A stretch of 10,071 bases of DNA from Candidatus Hydrogenedentota bacterium (GTDB taxonomy: Bacteria > Hydrogenedentota > Hydrogenedentia > Hydrogenedentales > SLHB01): assembly GCA_045863295.1 (NCBI GenBank), contig BTWA01000038.1:48327-58397 (forward strand), given 5' to 3'. Of this stretch, positions 1 through 4,841 are shown one piece after another (within the stretch, counting starts at the first letter, position 1; the number at the start of each line of letters is the position of its first letter). The notes beneath the pieces are model-generated. The model worked only from the letters and a program-made list of their open reading frames with translations. It was not told the DNA's origin and searched no databases. The translations under genes and the position numbers were made by a program.

Positions 1-1181
1 GGAAGTTCCTCCGGCACATCCACTTCGAGTATCACATTGGACTTGTCGAGCTTCTTTCGACTCAAAGACAAGACCACTTCCACAATGTCGCAGATCCGAG
101 CAGGACTGTGCCGCTCGCGGTCCTGACGAGAAAATGTCAAAAGACTATGCACAATCTTGGCAATGCGTTCCGCTTCGGACCGGATTAGCTTGGCAAATTG
201 ATGCTCTTTGGCACCGGAGTCCAATTCCTCAAGCAAAATATCTGCACAGTTGATTATGCCGTTAACAGGATTGTTGATTTCGTGCCCCACTCCTGCCGCA
301 AGCTCACCAATCGAAGCCAGCTTCGACGCCTGTATCACTTTGGTTTCCGCGTCGCGCCGCTCGATTGACTCTCCCAAGGCGCTGGCGACGGCCTGAACCA
401 AATCATGTTCCTCTTGGGAAAAGGCATCCTGGCCATTGGCAGGATCAACTTTGGAGTAGACTTCCACCGATCCGCGCTCGCGACCCGCAACAATTATCCT
501 GGAATTCAGGCGCCAGGGTGTCTGCTCCCAAGGATGGACAGTGAAAACCTCGCCGTCAAACGTCACCCGCGCGGTAATCGATTCGGGCTTGGAAAATGCA
601 GACATCAGCAACTCCACGACATCCTCAAAAATGTCAGACAGCATCTGCCTACCACGAATGCTCTCGCCAACCCGATAAAGACAGGTAACCTCAAGATTGC
701 GCTTATTCAGATCCTGCAGGAGACAATCTTTTTCTTCCTGAGCCTTCTTGCGGGCCGTAATGTCGTGCAAGATCCCGGTATAAACGCGCCGTTCACCAAG
801 TTGTACTTCACTTACTGAAAGTTCAAATGGGAACTGGGTACCGTCTTTACGCTTGCCTTCCAATTCGCGGATACTGCCAATAATGCGGGGAACGTGAGTC
901 TTGTGATACCGATCCAGATAGTGGTCATGGTCCCGACCATGTGGGTTCGGCATGAGCACATTGATTTTCTGGCCAATGAGCTCACCCGATTTATAGCCAA
1001 ACATACGATCCGCGGATGGATTCATATACTGCAATATACCGGTATCGTCAATGACGATAATTCCATCAACCGCACCTTCGACAATGGCAATAATCCAGGC
1101 ACCATCGTCCTTGGGAGAAAGGAATGGAAATGCCTCCCCCATCGACTTTTTCAAGCTTTTTGCCAGTTCTTCCGGACTCAA
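1..1181 (-). CDS. Sensor histidine kinase, FixL-like heme-PAS + GAF-like + HisKA (partial; 3' end with HATPase lies beyond the left edge)
   Basis: Not in the ORF track because there is no stop in the window. Manual translation of the minus frame is open from an upstream TAG (1197-1199) to the edge. Likely start is TTG at 1181 (AGGA 9 nt upstream); alternative is ATG at 1142. PAS ~1090-755: AVDGIIVIDDTGILQYMNPSADRMFGYKSGELIGQKINVLMPNPHGRDHDHYLDRYHKTHVPRIIGSIRELEGKRKDGTQFPFELSVSEV...TGILHDITARK. GAF-like segment ~710-350. H-box KLASIGELAAGVGHEINNPVNGI (His codon 282-284), then RIAKIVHSLLTFSR. Confidence 0.95.
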   Translation of the reverse strand, partial: MSPEELAKSLKKSMGEAFPFLSPKDDGAWIIAIVEGAVDGIIVIDDTGILQYMNPSADRMFGYKSGELIGQKINVLMPNPHGRDHDHYLDRYHKTHVPRIIGSIRELEGKRKDGTQFPFELSVSEVQLGERRVYTGILHDITARKKAQEEKDCLLQDLNKRNLEVTCLYRVGESIRGRQMLSDIFEDVVELLMSAFSKPESITARVTFDGEVFTVHPWEQTPWRLNSRIIVAGRERGSVEVYSKVDPANGQDAFSQEEHDLVQAVASALGESIERRDAETKVIQASKLASIGELAAGVGHEINNPVNGIINCADILLEELDSGAKEHQFAKLIRSEAERIAKIVHSLLTFSRQDRERHSPARICDIVEVVLSLSRKKLDKSNVILEVDVPEEL

Positions 1182-2211
1182 AATTGGAGTTCCTGTCTAC
1201 TAGGCCCCCTTGGACCGTGATCAAGCCCCCTGATCTCCGGTTCTTTTCCAAGGGTTCTGGGAGATATGAGTTAAGACACTATTGTACGCACAGCTATACA
1301 AAAGTGCAACAAGAATATTCAGAAAGCAGCGCCAGTGCGCTCCAAAGTCAGTACCTGTAACTGCATACAGGCGCGCAACTCATGTTATGTAAGTTGCACT
1401 TTGATTCGTCAGAACTCACCTGGGTTCAGCCCATGCAAACACAAAAGGAGATGGAAAACTCGGTATTTGCATTACAAAACTGGAAATTGTCAATGAATTA
1501 TTGTACGAAATACTACATTCTATTAGTATATATTTCGCTTATTTAATCAAAACAAAAAACGATGCACATTATACACTACATCGACTGGCCCTGAATCTGT
1601 CGTGCTGCTACTGTCTTGCTCAGTATAGTACCTAAAACACGATGAGTTATTTTTGTTAGGTATCATATAAAAACTCAATCAACAATACATCATGGTAATA
1701 ATATTATACATGTATTTTGGCACAAATTATCACTCAAGTGCCTATTATGTGCTGTCTCATCACACGGTAACCCCGGATGTCGAAGTTGTATCAGAGTCCA
1801 CACGGGGGTACGCCTGAGACCGGGTATGTCACACTGGATAATCGCCCCCCCATATCCTAACGGCTCAAATACATGTTTTATATAGTGTACCTACCGATGG
1901 TGCACTTCAATTCCGCTCGTAGAGCTCGAAGTCAAGTTGGCACCGCCCCGAAACTCTGACTGCCTTGCACTTGGTCACCAAAACCTTGAATAGGACCTGT
2001 CAAGTCGGACAAGAATTGTGTGGCTCTTGCACCAAAGTGAACCTGCGTCACGTGCGATTCGTAGCGCAGCTGAAAAGGAATAGTCTGTTGACAACCACCA
2101 AGTTCATCTCATGCGCTCTTAAGGCAGGCGCCATAGCGCGAACAAAATTCACCCAGACTATGATTTCAAGATTCCAGGCCATATTGAAACATAGAGAAAC
2201 GCATCTGTTGC

Positions 2212-2269
2212 GTGAAACAAAAAGAAGAGGCTCCGGCGATTCTCCCCCAAGAACCGCCGGAGCCTCTTC
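2212..2269 (-). terminator. Rho-independent terminator (minus strand)
   Basis: 20-bp stem 2224-2243/2250-2269 (19 Watson-Crick pairs plus one pair that is G-U on minus and A-C on plus), 6-nt loop UGGGGG, followed on minus by UUUUUGUUUC. Confidence 0.85.
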
Positions 2270-2352
2270 CAGAACCATCCCCGATTGCCCCCCAGCGAAT
2301 CGGGAACGATTGCGAACTCTACCGCGTCCCCCCAGATCACGACAAAGTCCGC
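2218..2352 (-). ncRNA. Candidate structured RNA: three tandem hairpins each capped by the hexaloop UGGGGG (sRNA or 3'-UTR-derived RNA; 5' end unknown)
   Basis: Hairpins at 2312-2352, 2278-2306 and 2224-2269, with loops at 2329-2334, 2289-2294 and 2244-2249 (ccccca on plus). Stems differ in sequence. The seven non-Watson-Crick stem pairs are all G-U on the minus strand. Ends in a terminator U-tract. Confidence 0.6.
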
Positions 2353-2361
2353 GAATGCCTA

Positions 2362-2549
2362 AACGGGGGTAGCTACGCTCAGTCCGAGACTCCCATTCAT
2401 CGGTCGTAGCTGCAAGGCTGTCCTGGTGACAAAGGTGGGATGTGAAGGCTCGGGTTGGTCGGACAGCGCTCTCGGACTGTAGTGGGTAGGGTTGGTCAGG
2501 CGTCCTACTGCGCTATCCTCGCCCCGGGTTGTGCGTCACTTCCCCCGTT
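2362..2549. repeat. 188-nt element bounded by 29-nt imperfect inverted repeats, with several competing internal stems (structured RNA or MITE-like remnant)
   Basis: 2362-2390 vs the reverse complement of 2521-2549: 21/29 identical, outer 8 nt perfect (AACGGGGG). Internal inverted repeats: cagtccgaga 2380-2389/2470-2479; gctgtcc 2417-2423/2461-2467; agctacg 2371-2377/2405-2411. Direct repeat gggttggtc at 2452 and 2489. Confidence 0.5.
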
Positions 2550-2559
2550 ATAAGGTGCG

Positions 2560-2922
2560 TTACGTTAAACTGTGGCTCAGCATACTATGCACGAGCTTGA
2601 TCAATTCGGGTCCATTTACCGGTTTCATGACGTAGGCACAATCATTCGCACCTAAGCCTGAAATCTTCGGGATGGCCCCTCCGGTCATTACGATGACCGG
2701 CATTTCAGGATACTCTCTCTTCAGAATCTGTACCGTTTGAAGTCCTGCCTGACCCGGCATCATTACATCCGTAATGACCAAGTCCGGCACCTTCGCGCGA
2801 CAGATGTCCACGCCTATACGACCATCTTCGGCGTCCCATACTTCATGTCCATCCCTTTCCAGGATGTGCCGAAAGGTCAATCGCAAGACGGGCTCGTCGT
2901 CGATCAACACGATTCGCGACAT
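2560..2922 (-). CDS. Single-domain response regulator (CheY-like receiver), 120 aa
   Basis: MSRIVLIDDEPVLR...PDLVITDVMMPGQAG...PVIVMTGG...YVMKPV: acidic pair, phospho-Asp, Thr and Lys-Pro all present, no output domain. Start set to ATG 2922 (GGAG 8 nt upstream) rather than the track's TTG 3009. Confidence 0.95.
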   Translation of the reverse strand: MSRIVLIDDEPVLRLTFRHILERDGHEVWDAEDGRIGVDICRAKVPDLVITDVMMPGQAGLQTVQILKREYPEMPVIVMTGGAIPKISGLGANDCAYVMKPVNGPELIKLVHSMLSHSLT

Positions 2923-3046
2923 GGGCGGCTCTCCATCCAGGGAAGCGTTCCACCATCCAGTGAGCGACTTGCTCGGGGCGCCTCTATTCCGTCGAAGGCT
3001 TTGATTCAATTTTTTAGCACCGTGTTACCGGGCATGCTCCTATTAA

Positions 3047-3063
3047 TACAGGAACCGTGCCAA
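3047..3063 (-). promoter_or_regulatory. Candidate sigma54 (-24/-12) promoter for the response regulator
   Basis: Minus strand TTGGCACGGTTCCTGTA vs consensus YTGGCACGRNNNTTGCW: perfect -24 element, correct spacing, variant -12 (GT instead of GC). Confidence 0.5.
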
Positions 3064-3102
3064 CTCACCCCAAGCACCCCATTATTCTTGTAAGCTATAC
3101 AG

Positions 3103-3115
3103 AATTAATAACTTA
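3103..3115 (+). promoter_or_regulatory. Candidate IHF site
   Basis: AATTAATAACTTA vs WATCAANNNNTTR (1 mismatch), in an AT-rich tract between the sigma54-like promoter and the candidate enhancer sites. Confidence 0.35.
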
Positions 3116-3194
3116 CACAAATACACCACATTCAGATTCGATTGACCGCCTGTGTTGCACCTGTATACTTGAACAGTTGCGACCATGACATAAG

Positions 3195-3210
3195 TGTCTC
3201 GAAAGTGACA
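3195..3210. promoter_or_regulatory. Candidate enhancer-binding-protein UAS (TGT-N10-ACA)
   Basis: TGTCTCGAAAGTGACA, a TGTC..GACA palindrome ~135 bp upstream of the -24 element. The motif is short, so a chance match is possible. Confidence 0.3.
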
Positions 3211-3402
3211 GATGGAATAGGCAACGGACGGGTCTGCAACGGACTGTCAAACCAATCAAACCATATCGCAATCGCCACAAGTGTTTGAGAACGAAGAGAT
3301 TGCAATGCACATACTTGCGGCTGACTGAAGGAATGAATACCCACTAGGATTGACGACAAGGAGTCACCAAGAACGATGGAGGCACTTCACCCCCGCGATA
3401 GT

Positions 3403-4791
3403 CTATTCATGCGAAAGCATTTGAATCTCGGTCTCTGTAAGCGCACGTGACCAAAGAGCCGCTTCCTCCAGTTCCCCATGAAAGTGTCTGACAACGGCTC
3501 CTTGGTCGGTTTCCGCCGCGATGAGTACCGGCTCTGCGTTCTTGATCAGGTTTCCTGTCCACGGGCTGGAGGCCATCATTTCACCGTTGCAGTAGAGGCT
3601 CAAAGTCTGACCGTCGTAGCGTCCAACCAAGTCGAGCCACGCATCGGACGCAATCCGGGATGCGGGAAAGCTCACCATGGTAAAGCCTCGATCCGTACAA
3701 ACTTCAAAACCGATATTGCCAGTCCCGTCGCCGTCCAGGTCGGTGCTGAAAAGATTGAAATGCACCTGGTCATGCGATCCACGTTTCGCAAAGAGCGCGG
3801 CATTCCACGTGCCGCTGGGATCGCGCGCCCGTAGATAGGCGGTTATTGCAGAACCATCGGCATGCAAGTCGGGCCCCGCATCAAAGTAAGCGCCATCCAG
3901 CAGGACGACCTTAGCTCCGGGCTTCGCCCCCGGGCCCGCGGCACGCACGTTCAGCTGAATCTGGTCAAAAGCGGGCGTATGGCGTAGCGGCACTTTCGCA
4001 CCATGCCCACCCTCATCCAAGGGCCACCACGCCATGGCTGACTCAACCAAGGCTTTCCTTATACCACTCGAGTCGGGTACCTCGACGGGTTCCGCCGGTT
4101 TGAGCACCTTGACACGAATGTTTCGGAACTGGACCAAGGTAGGCGGCCCGCTGTGCAGTTGCAGGGCGAAAATGCCCTGCGGCTCGGCGCGCCGCGCGTC
4201 GGTGTCGCTGATGCTGGCCGCCAACCGGCCGTCGACGCGTAACGTGATGGAACCGCCGATACAGGTGAGATGATACTCGTGCCAATTCTCGAGCGAAAAC
4301 CAAGGGTCGCCCACGGCATCCGCCAAGGGCGTAGCCGTACGGTTGCCGCGAAGGTCAAAATCGGCGTGTTCGCCGCGCATGGCGAGGGTGTGCCGGCCGT
4401 ACTCGTCATACAAACGCACCAACCACGGCGTCTCCAAGTTGTTGTCCACTTGATATCCGCAAATGTCATGATCAGGCAGCAACCGGCTGCGAAACTGGAA
4501 TCCGTTGTTGATGCCCCCTTCCCCAGTCAGGCGTGATTCCAACTTGAGTTCAAAATCAGCGAGTTCCCCGCCTTCCCATACCAGGTACTGGTTCACCGTG
4601 CACGGATGTTCTTGCGTTATCCGCCCCGTGATGGCTCCGTCTTCGACAGTCCAATAGGATGCGTCTCCCGGTTGCCAGCCGTTCAACGTGCGCCCGTCGA
4701 AGATGGAGATGAAGCCTTCCTCCGCGGACGCACCCTGGGACATCCATACCAGAACCAAGAACAAGATCCGCGCGGCTTTGGGTGTGTTCAC
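3403..4791 (-). CDS. Secreted DUF1080 (3-keto-disaccharide hydrolase-like) domain protein with C-terminal LamG/ConA-like domain, 462 aa
   Basis: GTG start with GGAG 8 nt upstream; signal peptide MNTPKAARILFLVLVWMSQGASA. DUF1080 motifs FISIFDGRTLNGW, WTVEDGAITG, DFELKLE, NNGFQFRS, GYQVD, WHEYHLTC, GIFALQLHSG, VQFRNIRVK. LamG motifs WLDLVGRYDGQTLSLYCNG and FHGELEEAALWSRALTETEI. Confidence 0.92.
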   Translation of the reverse strand: MNTPKAARILFLVLVWMSQGASAEEGFISIFDGRTLNGWQPGDASYWTVEDGAITGRITQEHPCTVNQYLVWEGGELADFELKLESRLTGEGGINNGFQFRSRLLPDHDICGYQVDNNLETPWLVRLYDEYGRHTLAMRGEHADFDLRGNRTATPLADAVGDPWFSLENWHEYHLTCIGGSITLRVDGRLAASISDTDARRAEPQGIFALQLHSGPPTLVQFRNIRVKVLKPAEPVEVPDSSGIRKALVESAMAWWPLDEGGHGAKVPLRHTPAFDQIQLNVRAAGPGAKPGAKVVLLDGAYFDAGPDLHADGSAITAYLRARDPSGTWNAALFAKRGSHDQVHFNLFSTDLDGDGTGNIGFEVCTDRGFTMVSFPASRIASDAWLDLVGRYDGQTLSLYCNGEMMASSPWTGNLIKNAEPVLIAAETDQGAVVRHFHGELEEAALWSRALTETEIQMLSHE

Positions 4792-4841
4792 GAAGACTCT
4801 CCAGATTTCCCTATGCGGCCAACTGCCTCAGCGCCTCCCTT

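Noticed and set aside
208..1220. Plus-strand ORFs 208-396, 405-818, 894-1220 and small minus ORFs in other frames
   Set aside because: Shadows of the minus-strand histidine kinase, which has clear domain motifs.
1182..1480. FNR/FixK box upstream of the heme-PAS kinase
   Set aside because: Only half-sites (e.g. TTGAT at 1401); no TTGAT-N4-ATCAA found.
1451..1546. 31-aa ORF MENSVFALQNWK... after AAAAGGAG
   Set aside because: The SD-like sequence abuts the ATG with no spacer; AT-rich composition with no recognisable features.
1718..1955. TGGCAC at 1718 and 1939 as sigma54 promoters
   Set aside because: No -12 element at the required spacing and no plus-strand gene downstream.
1965..2409. ORFs 1965-2372(+), 2048-2278(-), 2158-2340(-), 2212-2409(+)
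   Set aside because: No recognisable motifs; their Pro/Gly/Arg-rich content is explained by the hairpins and C/G runs. A small peptide cannot be fully excluded.
2224..2549. tRNA, tmRNA, RNase P RNA, CRISPR array, retron or IS110 bridge RNA interpretations of the structured region
   Set aside because: No cloverleaf or T-loop, no RNase P/tmRNA signature, no identical repeats with spacers, and no cas, reverse transcriptase or recombinase gene in the window.
2923..3036. 29-aa N-terminal extension of the response regulator (TTG 3009) and a 9-codon uORF from ATG 3035
   Set aside because: The receiver fold starts at MSRIVLIDD with a well-spaced GGAG; the uORF's SD is 1 nt from its ATG and lies at or before the predicted TSS.
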